Below the pieces are notes generated by a model. It was not told where the DNA came from and searched no databases. It saw nothing but the letters and a program-made list of their open reading frames with translations. A DNA stretch of 64,000 bases. Origin: Eledone cirrhosa (taxonomy: Eukaryota). The stretch lies in assembly GCA_964016885.1 (NCBI GenBank), contig OZ024742.1, positions 18,476,001 through 18,540,000 on the forward strand, in the 5' to 3' direction. The position numbers were made by a program, and so were the translations under genes. Positions 40,001 through 58,000 of the stretch are shown here, one piece after another (position 1 is the first letter of the stretch; each line of letters starts with the position of its first letter).

Positions 40001-43000
40001 AACTGTATACTGTATCTGCCACTCCAGATGTAATACCTACCTACAAGAGACTATACTATATCTGCCACTCCAGATGTTATACCTACCTACAAAAAATTCT
40101 CTATATTATATCTGCCACTCCAGATGTAATACCAACCTAAAAGATACTAAATACTATATCAGCCATTCCACATGTAATACCTCTCTACAAGAAACTCTAT
40201 ATTATATCTACCACTGCAGATGTTGTACGTACCTACAACAAAATCTATACTGTATCTGCTACTCCAGATGTAATACCTATCTACAAAGAAACACTATACT
40301 ATATATGCCACTCCAGATGCTATACCAACCTACAAGAAACACTATACTATATCAACCACTCCAGATGTAATACCTACTCACAAGAAACTCTATACTCTAT
40401 CTGCCACTCCAGATGTAATACCTACCTATATGAAACTCTATACTATATCTATCACTCCAGATGTAATATCTACCTACAAGAAACTATATTCTATATCTGC
40501 CATTCCATATGTTATACATACCCACAAGAAACTCTATACTATATCTGCCACTCCAGATGTAATACCTTCCTACAAGAAACCTTATACTATATCTGCCATT
40601 CCAGATGTAATACCTACCTACAAGAAACTCTGTACTATATCTGCCACTACAGATGTAATACCTATCTACAAGAAACTCTATACTATAACTACCTATACAG
40701 ATGTTATACCTACCTACAAGAAACTCGCGATACTATATCTACCACTCCAGATGTTATACCTATCCACAAGAAACTATATACTATGTCTGCTTCCAGATGT
40801 AATACCTACCTACAAGAAACTCTATACTATATCTACCATTCAAAATGTAATACCTACCTTCAAGAAACATTATACTATATCTGCCACTCCCGATGTAAAA
40901 GCTACTTACACCAAAATCTATACTATATCTGCCAATCCAGATGTAATATCTACCTACAAGAAACTCTATACTATATCTGCCACTCCAGATGTAAAACCTA
41001 CCTACAAGAAACACAATATTATATCTGCCACTCCAGATGTAAAACCTACCTACAAGAAACTTTATACTATATCTGCATTTCCAGATGTAATACCTACCTA
41101 GAAAAAACTCTCTATACTATATGTGCCACTCCAGATGTAATACCTACCTACAAGAAACTTTATACAATATCAGCCATTCCAGATATAATACCTATCTACA
41201 AGAAACTCAGTACTATACCTGCAACTACAGATGTAATACCTACCTACAAGAAACTCTATACTGTATCTACCACTCAGATGTTATACCAACCTACAAGATA
41301 CTCTATACTATATCAACCACTCCAGATGTAATACCTACCTACAAGAAATTCTATACTATATCTGCCATTCCAGATGTAATACCTCTCTACAAGAAACTCT
41401 ATATTATATCTACCACTCCAGATATTATACGTACCTACAAGAAACTCTATACTGTATAGGCTACTCCAGATGTAATACCTATCTACAAGAAATTCTATAC
41501 TATATCTGCCACTCCAGATGTTATACCAACCTACAAGAAACTCTATACTATATCAACCATTCCAGATGTAATATCTACCTATAAGAAACACTATTCTATA
41601 TCTATCTCTCCAGATGTAATACCTACCTACAAGAAACTCTGTACTATATCTGCAACTACAGATGTAATACCTATCTACAAGAAACTCTCTATACTATATC
41701 TGCCACGCCAGATGTTATACCTACCTACAAGAAAATCTATACTCTCTCTGCCTTCCAGATGTAATACCTACCTAAAAGAAACTCTGTACTATATCTGCAA
41801 CTGCAGATGTAAAACCTACCTACAAGAAACTCTATACTATATCTGCCATTCCAGATGTAAAACCTAACTACAAGAAACTCTACACTATATCCGCCACTCC
41901 AGATGTAATACTACCTACAAGAAACTCCCTATTCTATATCTGCCACTCCAGATGTAATACCTAATTACAAGAAACTCTATACTATATCTGCCACTCCAAA
42001 TATAATACCTACCTACAAGAAACTTTATACTATATCTACCATTCCAGATGTTATACCTACCTACAAAAAACGCTCGGTACTATATCTGCCATTCCAGATG
42101 TAATACCTACCTACAAGAAACTTTATACTATATCAGCCATTCCAGATTTAATACCTATCTACAAGAAACTCTGTACTATATCTGCCAATACACATGTAAT
42201 TCCTCTCTACAAGAAACTCTATACTGTATCTGCCACTCCAGATGTAATACCTATCTACAAGAAACTCTATACTATATCTGCCACTCCAGATGTAATACCT
42301 ACCCACAAGAAACTCTATACTCTATCTGCCACTCCAGATGTAATACTAACTATAAGAAACTCTATACTATATCTGCCATTCCACATGTAATACCTACCCA
42401 CAAGGAACTCTATACTATATCTGCCATTCCAGATGTAATACCTACCTACAAGAAACTGTGTACTATATCTGCCACTACAGATGTAATACCTATCTACAAG
42501 AAACTCTATACTATATCTACCACTCCAGATATTATACCTACCTACAAGAAACTCTCGAGACTATACCTACCACTCCAGATGTTATACCTACCTACAAGAA
42601 ACTCTATACTATATCTGCCACTCCAGATGTTATACCTACCCACAAGAAACTCTATACTATATCTACCATTCCAAATGTAATACCTACATTATACTATATC
42701 TGCCACTCCAGATGTAAAACCTACCTTCACGAAAATCTATACTATATCTGCCACTCCAGATGTAATACCTACCTTCACGAAAATCTATACTATATCTGCC
42801 ACTCTAGATGTAATACCTACCTAGAAGGAACTCTATACTATATCTGCCATTGCAGATGTTATACCTACCTACAAAATCTCTCTATACTATATCTGCCACT
42901 CCAGATGTAATACCTACCTACAAGAAACTTTATACTATATCAGCAATTCCAGATGTAATACCTCTCTACAAGAAACTCTGTACTATATCTGCCACTACAG

Positions 43001-46000
43001 ATGTAATACCTATCTACAAGAAACTCTATACTCTATCTACCACTCCAGATGTTATACCAACCTAATAGAAAATCTATACTATATCAACCACTCCAGATGT
43101 AATACCTACCCACAAGAAACTATATACTATATTTGCCACTGCAGATGTTATACCTACCAACAAGAAACTCTATACTATATCTGCCACTCCAGATGTAATA
43201 CCTACCTACAAGAAACCTTATACTATATCTGCCATTCCAGATGTAATACCTACCTACAAGAAACTCTATACTATATCTGCGACTCCAGATGTTATACCTA
43301 CCCACAAGAAACTCTATACTATATCTGCGACTCCAGATGTTATACCTACCCACAAGAAACTCTATACTGTATCTACCACTCCAGATGTTATACCAACCTA
43401 CAAGAAACTCTATACTATATCTGACACTCCAGATGTAATACCTACCTAAAAGAAACCTTATACTATATCTGCCATTCCAGATGTAATACCTACCTACAAG
43501 AAACATTATACTATATCTGCCACTCCAGATGTAAAACCTACCTTCACGAAAATCTATACTATATCTGCCACTCCAGACGTAACACCTACCTACAAGTAAC
43601 TCTATACTATATCTGCCACTCCAGATGTAATACCTACCTACAAGAAACTCTATACTATATCTGCCATTCCAGATGTTATACCTACCTACAAAAACTGTCT
43701 ATACTATATCTCCCACTCCAGATGTAATACCTACCTACAAGAAACATTATACTATATCTGCCACTCCAGATGTAAATCCTACCTTCACGAAAATGTATAA
43801 TATATCTGCCGCTCCAGATGTAAAACCTACCTACAAGAAACTCTATACTATATCTGCCACTCCAGATGTAATACCTACCTACAAGAAACTCTATACTATA
43901 TCTGCCATTCCAGATGTTATACCTACCTACAAAAACTGTCTATACTATATCTCCCACTCCAGATGTAATACCTACCTTCAAGAAACTTTATACTATATCA
44001 GCCATACCAGATGTAATACCTCTCTACAAGAAACTCTGTACTATATCTACCACTCCAGATGTTATACCAACCTACAAGAAACTCTATACTATATCAACCA
44101 CTTCAGATGTAATACCTACCTACAAGAAACTCTATACTATATCTGCCACTCCAGATGTAATATCTACCTATAAGAAACTCTATACTATATCTATCACTCA
44201 AGATGTAATACCTTCCTATAAGAAACTCTATTCTATATCTGTCATTCCACATGTAATACCTACCCACAAGAAACTCTATACTATATGTGCCACTCCAGAT
44301 GTAATACCTACCTACAAGAAACTTTATACTATATCTACCACTCCAGATGTAATACCTATCTACCAGAAACTCTATACTATATCTGCCACTCCAGATGTTA
44401 TACCAACCGACAAGAAACTGTATAATGTATCTGCCACTCCACATGTAATACCTACCTACAAGAAACTCTATACTATATCTGCCACTCCAGATGTAATACC
44501 TACCTAAAAGAAACTTTATACTATATCTGCCATTCCAGATGTAATACCTACTTACAAGTAACTCTGTACTATATCTGCCACTCGAGATGTTATACCTACC
44601 TACAAGAAAATCTATACTATACTTGACTTCCACATGTAATACCTACCTACAAGAAACTCTATACTATATCTGCCACTCCAGATGTTATACCAACCGACAA
44701 GAAACTGTATACTGTATCTGCCACTCCACATGTAATACCTACCTACAAGAAAATCTATACTATATCGGCCTTCCAGATGTAATACCTACCTAAAAGAAAC
44801 TCTATACTATATCTGCCACTCCAGATATAAAACCTAACTACAAGAAACTCTATACTATATCTGCCACTCCAGATGTAATACCTACCTACAAGAAACTTTA
44901 TACTATATCAGCCATTCCAGGTGTAATGCCTATCTATAAGAAACTCTGTACTATATCTGCCACTACAGATGTAATACCTACCTACAAGAAACTCTATACA
45001 ATATCTATCACTCCAGATGTTATACGTACCTACAAGAATCTCTATACTATATCTACCATTCCAGATTTAATACCTACCTACAAAAAGCTTCTATACGATA
45101 TCTGCCACTCCAGATGTTATACCTACCTACAAGAAACCCTATACTACATCTGCCATTCCAGATGTAATACCTACCTACAAGAAACTCTATACTATATCTG
45201 ACACTCCAGATGTAATATCTACCTATAAGAAACTCTATACTATATCTATCACTCCAGATGTAATACCTACCTATAAAAAACTCTATTCTATATCTGCCAT
45301 TCCACATGTAATACCTACCCACAAGAAACTCTATACTATATATGACACTACAGATGTAATACCTACCTACAAGAAACCTTATACTATATCTGCCATTCCA
45401 GATGTAATACCTACCTACAAGAAACTCTGTACTACATCTGCCACTACAGTTGTAAAACCTATCTACAAGAAACTCTATACTATATCTACCACTCCAGATG
45501 TTATACCTACCTACAAGAAACTCTATACTATATGTGCCACTCCAGATGTAATACCTACCTACAAGAAACATTATACTATATCTGCCACTCCAGATGTAAA
45601 ACCTACCTTCACGAAAATCTATACTATATCTGCCACTCCAGACGTAATACCTACCTAGAAGGAACTCTATACTATATCTGCTACTCCAGATGTAAAACCT
45701 ACCTACAAGAAACTCTATACTATATCTGCCACTCCAGATGTAATACCTACCTACAAGAAACTTTATACTATATCTGCCATTCCAGATGTTATATCTACCT
45801 ACAAAAACGGTCTATACTATATCTGCCACTCCAGATGTAATACTTACCTACAAGAAACTTTATACTATATCAGCCATTCCACATGTAATACCTCTCTACA
45901 AGAAACTCTGTACTATATCTGCCACTACAGATGTAATACTTATCTACAATAAACTCTATACTGTATCTACCACTCCAGCTGTTATACCAACCTACAAGAA

Positions 46001-49000
46001 ACTCTATACTATATCAACTACTTAAGATGTAATACCTACCTACAAGAAACTCTATACTATATCTGCCACTCCAGATGAAATATCTACCTCTAAGGAACTC
46101 TATACTATATCTGCCACTCCAGATGAAATATCTACCTCTAAGAAACTCTATACTATATCTATCACTCCAGATGTAATACCTACCTATAAGAAACTCTATT
46201 CTATATCTGCCATTCCACATGTAATACCTACCCACAAGAAACTCTATACTATATCTGCAACTCCAGATGTAATAATTACCTACAAGAAACCTTATACTAT
46301 ATCTGCCATTCCAGATGTAATACCTACCTACAAGAAACATTATACTATATCTGCCACTCCAGATGTAAAACCTACCTTCACGAAAATCTATACTATATCT
46401 GCCACTCCAGACGTAACACCTACCTACAAGTAACTCTATACTATATCTGCCACTCCAGATGTAATACCTACCTACAAGAAACTCTATACTATATCTGCCA
46501 TACCAGATGTTATACCTACCTACAAAAACTGTCTATACTATATCTCCCACTCCAGATGTAATACCTACCTACAAGAAACATTATACTATATCTGCCACTC
46601 CAGATGTAAAACCTACCTTCACGAAAATCTATAATATATCTGCCGCTCCAGATGTAAAACCTACCTACAAGAAACTCTATACTATATCTCCCACTCCAGA
46701 TGTAATAACTACCTACAAGAAACTTTATACTATATCAGCCATTCCAGATGTAATACCTCTCTACAAGAAACTCTGTACTATATCTACCACTCCAGATGTT
46801 ATACCAACCTACAAGAAACTCTATACTATATCAACCACTTCAGATGTAATACCTACCTACAAGAAACTCTATACTATATCTGCCACTCCAGATGTAATAT
46901 CTACCTATAAGAAACTCTATACTATATCTATCACTCCAGATGTAATACTTTCCTATAAGAAACTCTATTCTATATCTGTCATTCCACATGTAATACCTAC
47001 CCACAAGAAACTCTATACTATATCTGCCACTACAGATGTAATACCTACCTACAAGAAACTTTATACTATATCTACCACTCCAGATGTAATACCTATCTAC
47101 CAGAAACTCTATACTATATCTGCCACTCCAGATGTAATACCTACCTAAAAGAAACTTTATACTATATCTGCCATTCCAGATGTAATACCTACTTACAAGT
47201 AACTCTGTACTATATCTGCCACTCCAGATGTTATACCTACCTACAAGAAAATCTATACTATACTTGACTTCCACATGTAATACCTACCTACAAGAAACTC
47301 TATACTATATCTGCCACTCCAGATGTTATACCAACCGACAAGAAACTGTATACTGTATCTGCCACTCCACATGTAATACCTACCTACAAGAAAATCTATA
47401 CTATATCGGCCTTCCAGATGTAATACCTACCTAAAAGAAACTCTATACTATATCTGCCACTCCAGATATAAAACCTAACTACAAGAAACTCTATACTATA
47501 TCTGCCACTCCAGATGTAATACCTACCTACAAGAAACTTTATAATATATCAGCCATTCCAGGTGTAATGCCTATCTATAAGAAACTCTGTACTATATCTG
47601 CCACTACAGATGTAATACCTATCTGCAAGAAACTCTATACAATATCTATCACTCCAGATGTTATACGTACCTACAAGAATCTCTATACTATATCTACCAT
47701 TCCAGATTTAATACCTACCTACAAAAAGCTTCTATACGATATCTGCCACTCCAGATGTTATACCTACCTACAAAAAACCCTATACTATATCTGCCATTCC
47801 AGATGTAATACCTACCTACAAGAAACTCTATACTATATCTGCCACTCCAGATGTAATATCTACCTATAAGAAACTCTATACTATATCTATCACTCCAGAT
47901 GTAATACCTACCTATAAAAACTCTATTCTATATCTGCCATTCCACATGTAATACCTACCCACAAGAAACTCTATACTATATATGACACTACAGATGTAAT
48001 ACCTACCTACAAGAAACCTTATACTATATCTGCCATTCCAGATGTAATACCTACCTACAAGAAACTCTGTACTACATCTGCCACTACAGATGTAAAACCT
48101 ATCTACAAGAAACTCTATACTATATCTACCACTCCAGATGTTATACCTACCTACAAGAAACATTATACTATATCTGCCACTCCAGATGTAAAACCTACAT
48201 TCACGAAAATCTATACTATATCTGTCACTCCAGACGTAATACCTACCTACAAGGAACTCTATACTTAAAACTGCTACTCCAGATGTAAAACCTACCTACA
48301 AGAAACTCTATACTATATCTGCCACTCCATATGTAATACCTACCTACAAGAAAATTTATACTATATCTGCCATTCCAGATGTTATATCTACCTACAAAAA
48401 CTGTCTATACTATATCTGCCACTCCAGATGTAATACTTACCTACAAGAAACTTTATACTATATCAGCCATTCCACATGTAATACCTCTCTACAAGAAACT
48501 CTGTACTATATCTGCCACTACAGATGTAATAATTATCTACAATAAACTCTATACTGTATCTACCACTCCAGCTGTTATACCAACCTACAAGAAACTCTAT
48601 ACTATATCAACTACTTAAGATGTAATACCTACCTACAAGAAACTCTATACTATATCTGCCACTCCAGATGAAATATCTACCTCTAAGAAACTCTATACTA
48701 TATCTATCACTCCAGATGTAATACCTACCTATAAGAAACTCTATTCTATATCTGCCATTCCACATGTAATACCTACCCACAAGAAACTCTATACTATATC
48801 TGCCACTCCAGATGTAATACCTACCTACAAGAAACTTTATACTATATCTGCCATTCGAGATGTAATACCTACCTACAAGTAACTCTGTACTATATCTGCC
48901 ACTACAGATGTAATACCTACCTACAAGAAACTCTATACTATATCTACCACTCCAGATGTTATACCTACCTACAAGAAACTCTCGATACTATATCTGCCAC

Positions 49001-52000
49001 TCCAGATTTTATACCAACCGACAAGAAACTGTATACTGTATCTGCCACTCCACATGTAATACCTACCTACAAGAAACTCTATACTATATCGGCCACTCCA
49101 GATGTAATACCTACCTACAAGAAACTTTATACTATATCTGTCATTCCAGATGTAATACCTACTTACAAGAAACTCTGTACTATATCTTCTACTCCAGATG
49201 TTATACCTACCTACAAGAAAATCTATACTATATCTGCCTTCCACGTGTAATACCTACCTAAAAGAAACTCTATACTATATCTGCAACTCCAGATATAAAA
49301 CCTAACTACAAGAAACTCTATACTATATCCGCCACTCCAGATGTAATACTACCTACAAGAAACTCCCTATACTCTATCTGCCACTCCAGATGTAATACCT
49401 ACCAACAAGAAACTTTATACTATATCAGCCATTCCAGGTGTAATGCCTATCTATAAGAAACTCTGTACTATATCTGTCACTAAAGATGTAATACCTATCT
49501 ACAAGAAACTCTATACTATATCTATCACTCCAGATGTTATACGTACCTACAAGAAACTCTGTACTATATCTACCATTCCAGATTTAATACCTACCTACAA
49601 AAAACTCTCTATACTATATCTGCCACTCCAGATGTTATACCTACCTACAAGAAACCCTATACTATATCTGCCATTCCAGATGTAATACCTATCTACAAGA
49701 AACTCTATACTATATATGCCACTCCAGATGTAGTACCTACCTACAAGCAACTCTATACTCTATCTGCCACTCCAGATGTAATATCTACCTACCAGAAACT
49801 CTATACTATATCTGCCACTCCAGATGTAATACCTACCTTCAAGAAACCTTATACTATATCTGCCATTCCAGATGTAATACCTACCTACAAGAAACTCTGT
49901 ACTATATCTGCAACTACAGATGTAATACCTATCTACAAGAAACTCTCTATACTATATCTGCCACGCCAGATGTTATACCTACCTACAAGAAAATCTATAC
50001 TCTCTCTGCCTTCCAGATGTAATACGTACCTAAAAGAAACTCTGTACTATATCTGCAACTCCAGATGTAAATCCTACCTACAAGAAACTCCCTATACTAT
50101 ATCTGCCACTCCAGATCTAATACCTAATTACAAGAAACTCTATACTATATCTGCCACTCCAGATATAATACCTACCTACAAGAAACTTTATACTATATCT
50201 ACCATTCCAGATGTTATACCTACCTACAAAAAACGCTCGATACTATATCTGCCATTCCAGATGTAATACCTACCTACAAGAAACTTTATACTATATCTGC
50301 CATTCCAGATGTTATACCTACCTACAAAAACTCTCTATACTATATCTTCCACTCCAGATGTAATATCTACCTATAAGAAACTCTATACTCTATCTGCCGC
50401 TCCAGATGTAATACTAACTATAAGAAACTCTATACTATATCTGCCACTCCAGATGTTATACCTACCTACAAAAACTATCTATACTATATCTGCCACTCCA
50501 GATGTAATATCTACCTATAAGAAACTCTATACTATATCTATCACTCCAGATGTAATACCTACCTATAAAAAACACTATTCTATATCTGCCATTCCACATG
50601 TAATACCTACCCACAAGAAACTCTATACTATATCAACTACTTAAGATGTAATACCTACCTACAAGAAACTCTATACTATATCTGCCACTCCAGATGAAAT
50701 ATCTACCTCTAAGAAACTCTATACTATATCTATCACTCCAGATGTAATACCTACCTATAAGAAACTCTATTCTATATCTGCCATTCCACATGTAATACCT
50801 ACCCACAAGAAACTCTATACTATATCTGCCACTCCAGATGTAATACCTACCTACAAGAAACATTATACTATATCTGCCATTCCAGATGTAATACCTACCT
50901 ACAAGAAACTCTGTACTATATCTGCCACTACAGATGTAATACCTATCTACAAGAAACTCTATACTATATCTACCACTCCAGATGTTATACCTACCTACAA
51001 GAAACTCTCGATACTATATCTACCACTCCAGATTTTATACCTACCTACATGAAGCTCTATACTATATCTGCCACTTCAGATATAATACCTACCTACAAGA
51101 AACTTTATATTATATTTACCATTCCAGATGTTATACCTACCTACTAAAAACGCTCGATACTATATCTGCCATTCAAGACGTAATACCTACCTACAAGAAA
51201 CTTTATACTATATCAGCCATTCCAGATTTAATACCTATCTCCAAGAAACTCTGTACTATATCTGCCAATACACATGTAATTCCTCTCTACAAGAAACTCT
51301 ATACTGTATCTGCCACTCCAGATGTAATACCTATCTACAAGAAACTCTATACTATATCTGCCACTCCAGATGTAATAACTACCCACAAGAAACTCTATAC
51401 TCTATCTGCCACTCCAGATGTAATACTAACTATAAGAAACTCTATACTATATCTGCCATTCCACATGTAATACCTACCCACAAGAAACTCTATACTATAT
51501 CTGCCATTCCAGATGTAATACCTACCTACAAGAAACTGTGTACTATATCTGCCACTACAGATGTAATACTTATCTACAAGAATCTCTATACTATATCTAC
51601 TACTCCAGATATTATACCTACCTACAAGAAACTCTCGAGACTATACCTACCACTCCAGATGTTATACCTTCCTACAAGAAACTCTTTACTATATCTGCCA
51701 CTCCAGATGTTATACCTACCCACAAGAAACTCTATACTATATCTACCATTCCAAATGTAATACCTACCTACAAGAAACATTATACTATATCTTCCACTCC
51801 AGATGTAAAACCTACCTTCACGAAAATCTATACTATATCTGCCACTCCAGATGTAATACCTACCTAGAAGGAACTCTATACTATATCTGCCATTCCGGAT
51901 GTTATACCTACCTATAAAAACTCTCTATACTATATTTGCCACTCCAGATGTAATACCTACCTACAAGAAACTTTATACTATATCAGCCATTCCAGATGTA

Positions 52001-55000
52001 ATAACTCTCTACAAGAAACTCTGTACTATATCTGCCACTACAGATGTAATACCTATCTACAAGAAACTCTATACTGTATCTACCACTCCAGATGTTATAC
52101 CAACCTAATAGAAAAGCTATACTATATCAACCACTCCAGATGTAATAGCTACCTACAAGAAACTCTATACCATTTCTGCCACTCCAGATGTAAAACCTAC
52201 CTTCACGAAAATCTATACTATATCTGCCACTCCAGACGTAACACCTACCTACGAGTAACTCTATACTATATCTGCCATTCCAGATGTTATACCTACCTAC
52301 AAAAACTCTCTATACTATATCTGCCACACCAGATGTAATATCTACCTATAAGAAACTCTATACTATATCTATCACTCCAGATGTAATACCTACCTATAAA
52401 AAACTCTATTCTATATCTGCCATTCCACATGTAATACCTACCCACAAGAAACTCTATACTATATCTGACACTCCAGATGTAATACCTACCTACAAGAAAC
52501 CTTATACTATATCTGCCATTCCAGTTGTAATACCTACCTACAAGAAACATTATACTATATCTGCCACTCCAGATGTAAAACCTACCCTCACGAAAATCTA
52601 TACTATATCTGCCACTCCAGACGTAACACCTACCTACAAGTAACTCTATACTATATCTGCCACTCTAGATGTAATACCTACCTACAAGAAACTCTATACT
52701 ATATCTGCCACTCCAGATGTTATACCTACCTACAAAAACTGTCTATACTATATCTCCCACTCCAGATGTAATACCTACCTACAAGAAACATTATACTATA
52801 TCTGCCACTCCAGAAGTAAAACCTACCTTCACGAAAATCTATACTATATCTGCCGCTCCAGATGTAAAACCTACCTACAAGAAACTCTATACTATATCTG
52901 CCACTCCAGATGTTATACCTACCTACAAGAAACTCTATACTATATCTGCCATTCCAGATGTTATACCTACCTACAAAAACTGTCTATACTATATCTCCCA
53001 CTCCAGATGTCATACCTACCTACAAGAAACTTTATACTATATCAGCCATTCCAGATGTAATACCTCTCTACAAGAAACTCTGTACTATATCTACCACTCC
53101 AGATGTTATATCAACCTACAAGAAACTCTATACTATATCTGCCACTCCAGATGTAATATCTACCTATAAGAAACTCTATACTATATCTATCACTCCAGAT
53201 GTAATAACTTCCTATAAGAAACTCTATTCTATATCTGGCATTCCACATGTAATACCTACCCACAAGAAACTCTATACTATATCTGCCACTCCAGATGTAA
53301 TACCTACCTACAAGAAACTTTATACTATATCTACCACTCCAGATGTAATACCTATCTACCAGACACTCTATACTATATCTGCCACTCCAGATGTTATACC
53401 AACCGACAAGAAACGGTATAATGTATCTGCCACTCCGCATGTAATACCTACCTACAAGAAACTCTATACTATATCTGCCACTCCAGATGTAATACCTACC
53501 TAAAAGAAACTTTATACTATATCTGCCATTCCAGATGTAATACCTACTTACAAGAAACTCTGTACTATATCTGCCACTCCAGATGTTATACCTACCTACA
53601 AGAAAATCTATACTATACTTGCCTTCCACATGTAATACCTACCTACAAGAAACTCTATACTATATCTGCCACTCCAGATGTTATACCAACCGACAAGAAA
53701 CTGTATACTGTATCTGCCACTCCACATGTAATACCTACCTACAAGAAACTCTGTACTATATCTGCCACTCCAGATATAATACCTACCTACAAGAAACTAT
53801 ATATTATATCTACCATTCCAGATGTTATACCTACCTACAAAAAACGCTCGATACTATATCTGCCATTCCAGATGTAATACCTACCTACAAGAAACTTTAT
53901 ACTATATCAGCCATTCCAGATTTAATACCTATCTACAAGAAACTCTGTACTATATCTGCCAATACACATGTAATTCCTCTCTACAAGAAACTCTATACTG
54001 TATCTGCCACTCCAGATGTAATTCCTATCTACAAGAAACTCTATACTATATCTGCCACTCCAGATGTAATAACTACCCACAAGAAACTCTATACTCTATC
54101 TGCCACTCCAGATGTAATACTAACTATAAGAAACTCTATACTATATCTGCCATTCCACATGTAATACCTACCCACAAGAAACTCTATACTATATCTGCCA
54201 TTCCAGATGTAATACCTACCTACAAGAAACTGTGTACTATATCTGCTACTACAGATGTAATACTTATCTACAAGAATCTCTATACTATATCTACCACTCC
54301 AGATATTATACCTACCTACAAGAAACTCTCGAGACTATACCTACCACTCCAGATGTTATACCTACCTACAAGAAACTCTATACTATATCTGCCACTCCAG
54401 ATGTTATACCTACCCACAAGAAACTCTATACTATATCTACCATTCCAAATGTAATACCTACCTACAAGAAACATTATACTATATCTTCCACTCCAGATGT
54501 AAAACCTACCTTCACGAAAATCTATACTATATCTGCCACTCCAGATGTAATACCTACCTAGAAGGAACTCTATACTATATCTGCCATTCCGGATGTTATA
54601 CCTACCTACAAAAACTCTCTATACTATATTTGCCACTCCAGATGTAATACCTACCTACAAGAAACTTTATACTATATCAGCCATTCCAGATGTAATAACT
54701 CTCTACAAGAAACTCTGTACTATATCTGCCACTACAGATGTAATACCAACCGACAAGAAACTATATACTGTATCTGCCACTCCACGTGTAATACCAACCT
54801 ACAAAAAAATCTATACTATATCGGCCTTCCAGATGTAATACCTACCTAAAAGAAACTCTATACTATATCTGCCACTCCAGATATAAAACCTAACTACAAG
54901 AAACTCTATACTATATCCGCCACTCCAGATGTAATACTACCTACAAGAAACTTTATACTATATCAGCCATTCCAGGTGTAATGCCTATCTATAAGAAACT

Positions 55001-58000
55001 CTGTACTATATCTGCCACTACAGATGTAATACCTATCTACAAGAAACTCTATACAATATCTATCACTCCAGATGTTATACGTACCTACAAGAAACTCTAT
55101 ACTATATCTGCCACTCCAGACGTTATACCTACTTATAAGAAACTCGCGATACTACCTACCACTCCAGATGTTATACCTACCTACAAGAAACTCTATACTA
55201 TATGTGCCACTCCAGATGTAATACCTACCTACAAGAAACATTATACTATATCTGCCACTCCAGATGCAAAACCTACCTTCACGAAAATCTATACTATATC
55301 TGCCACTCCAGACGTAATACCTACCTACAAGGAACTCCATACTATATCTGCTACTCCAGATGTAAAACCTACCTACAAGAAACTCTATACTATATCTGCC
55401 ACTCCAGATGTAATACCTACCAACAAGAAACTTTATACTATATCTGCCATTCCAGATGTTATATCTACCTACAAAAACTGTCTATACTATATCTGCCACT
55501 CCAGATGTAATACCTACCTACAAGAAACTTTATACTATATCAGCCATTCCACATGTAATACCTCTCTACAAGAAACTCCGTACTATATCTGCCACTACAG
55601 ATGTAATACTTATCTACAATAAACTCTATACTGTATCTACCACTCCAGCTGTTATACCAACCTACAAGAAACTCTATATTATATCAACTACTTAAGATGT
55701 AATACCTACCTACAAGAAACTCTATACTATATCTGCCACTCCAGATGAAATATCTACCTCTAAGAAACTCTATACTATATCTATCACTCCAGATGTAATA
55801 CCTACCTATAAGAAACTCTATTCTATATCTGCCATTCCACAAGTAATACCTACCTACAAGAAACTCTGTACTATATCTGCCACTACAGATGTAATACCTA
55901 TCTACAAGAAACTCTATACTATATCTACCACTCCAGATGTTATACCTACCTACAAGAAACTCTCGATACTATATCTACCACTCCAGATTTTATACCTACC
56001 TACATGAAGCTCTATACTATATCTGCCACTCCAGATGTAATACCTACCTACAAGAAAATTTATACTATATCTACCACTCCAGGTGTAATACCTATCTACC
56101 AGAAACTCTATACTATATCTGCCACTCCAGATTTTATACCAACCGACAAGAAACTGTATACTGTATCTGCCACTCCACATGTAATACCTACCTACAGAAA
56201 CTCTATACTATATCGGCCACTCCAGATGAAATACCTACCTACAAGAAACTTTATACTATATCTGCCATTCCAGATGTAATACCTACTTAAAAGAAACATT
56301 GTACTATATCTGCTACTCCAGATGTTATACCTACCTACAAGAAAATCTATACTATAGCTGCCTTCCACATGTAATACCTACCTAAAAGAAACTCTATACT
56401 ATATCTGCCACTCCAGATGTTATACCAACCGACAAGAAACTGTATACTGTATCTGCCACTCCACATGTAATACCTACCTACAAGAAACACTGTACTATAT
56501 CTGCCACTACACATGTAATACCTATCTACAAGAAACTCTCTATACTATATCTGCCACTCCAGATGTTATACCTACCTACAAGAATATCTATACAATATCG
56601 GCCTTCCAGATGTAATACCTACCTAAAAGAAACTCTATACTATATCTGCAACTCCAGATATAAACCCTAACTACAAGAAACTCTATACTATATCCGGCAC
56701 TCCAGATGTAATACTACCTACAAGAAACTCCCTATACTATATCTGCCACTCCAGATGTAATACCTACCAACAAGAAACTTTATACTATATCAGCCATTCC
56801 AGGTGTAATGCCTATCTATAAGAAACTCTGTACTATATCTGCCACTACAGATGTAATACCTATCTACAAGAAACTCTATACTATATCTATCACTGCAGAT
56901 GTTATACGTACCTACAAGAAACTCTATACTATATCTACCATTCCACATTTAATACCTACCTACAAAAAACTCTCTATACTATATCTGCCACTCCAGATGT
57001 TATACCTACCTACAAGAAACCCTATACTATATCTGCCATTCCAGATGTAATATCTACCTATAAGAAACTCTATACTATATCTATCACTCCAGATGTAATA
57101 CCTTCCTATAAGAAACTCTATTCTATATCTGGCATTCCACATGTAATACCTACCCACAAGAAACTCTATACTATATCTGTTACTCCAGATGTAATACCTA
57201 CCTACAAGAAACTTTATACTATATCTACCACTCCAGATGTAATACCTATCTACCAGACACTCTATACTATATCTGCCACTCCAGATGTTATACCAACCGA
57301 CAAGAAACTGTATAATGTATCTGCCACTCCACATGTAATACCTACCTACAAGAAACTCAATACTATATCTGCCACTCCAGATGTAATACCTACCTAAAAG
57401 AAACTTTATACTATATCTGCCATTCCAGATGTAATACCTACTTACAAGAAACTCTGTACTATATCTGCCACTCCAGATGTTATACCTACCTACAAGAAAA
57501 TCTATACTATACTTGCCTTCCACATGTAATACCTACCTACAAGAAACTCTATACTATCTCTGCCACTCCAGATGTTATACGAACCGACAAGAAACTGTAT
57601 ACTGTATCTGCCACTCCACATGTAATACCTACCTACAAGAAACTCTATAATATATCTACCACTCCAGATGTTATACCTACCTACAAGAAATTCTCGATAC
57701 TATATCTACCACTCCAGATTTTATACCTACCTACATGAAGCTCTATACTATATCTGCCACTCCAGATATAATACCTACCTACAAGAAACTTTATATTATA
57801 TCTACCATTCCAGATGTTATACCTACCTACAAAAAACGCTCGATACTATATCTGCCATTCCAGATGTAATACCTACCTACAAGAAACTTTATACTATATC
57901 AGCCATTCCAGATTTAATACCTATCTACAAGAAACTCTGTACTATATCTGCCAATACACATGTAATACCTCTCTACAAGAAACTCTATACTGTATCTGCC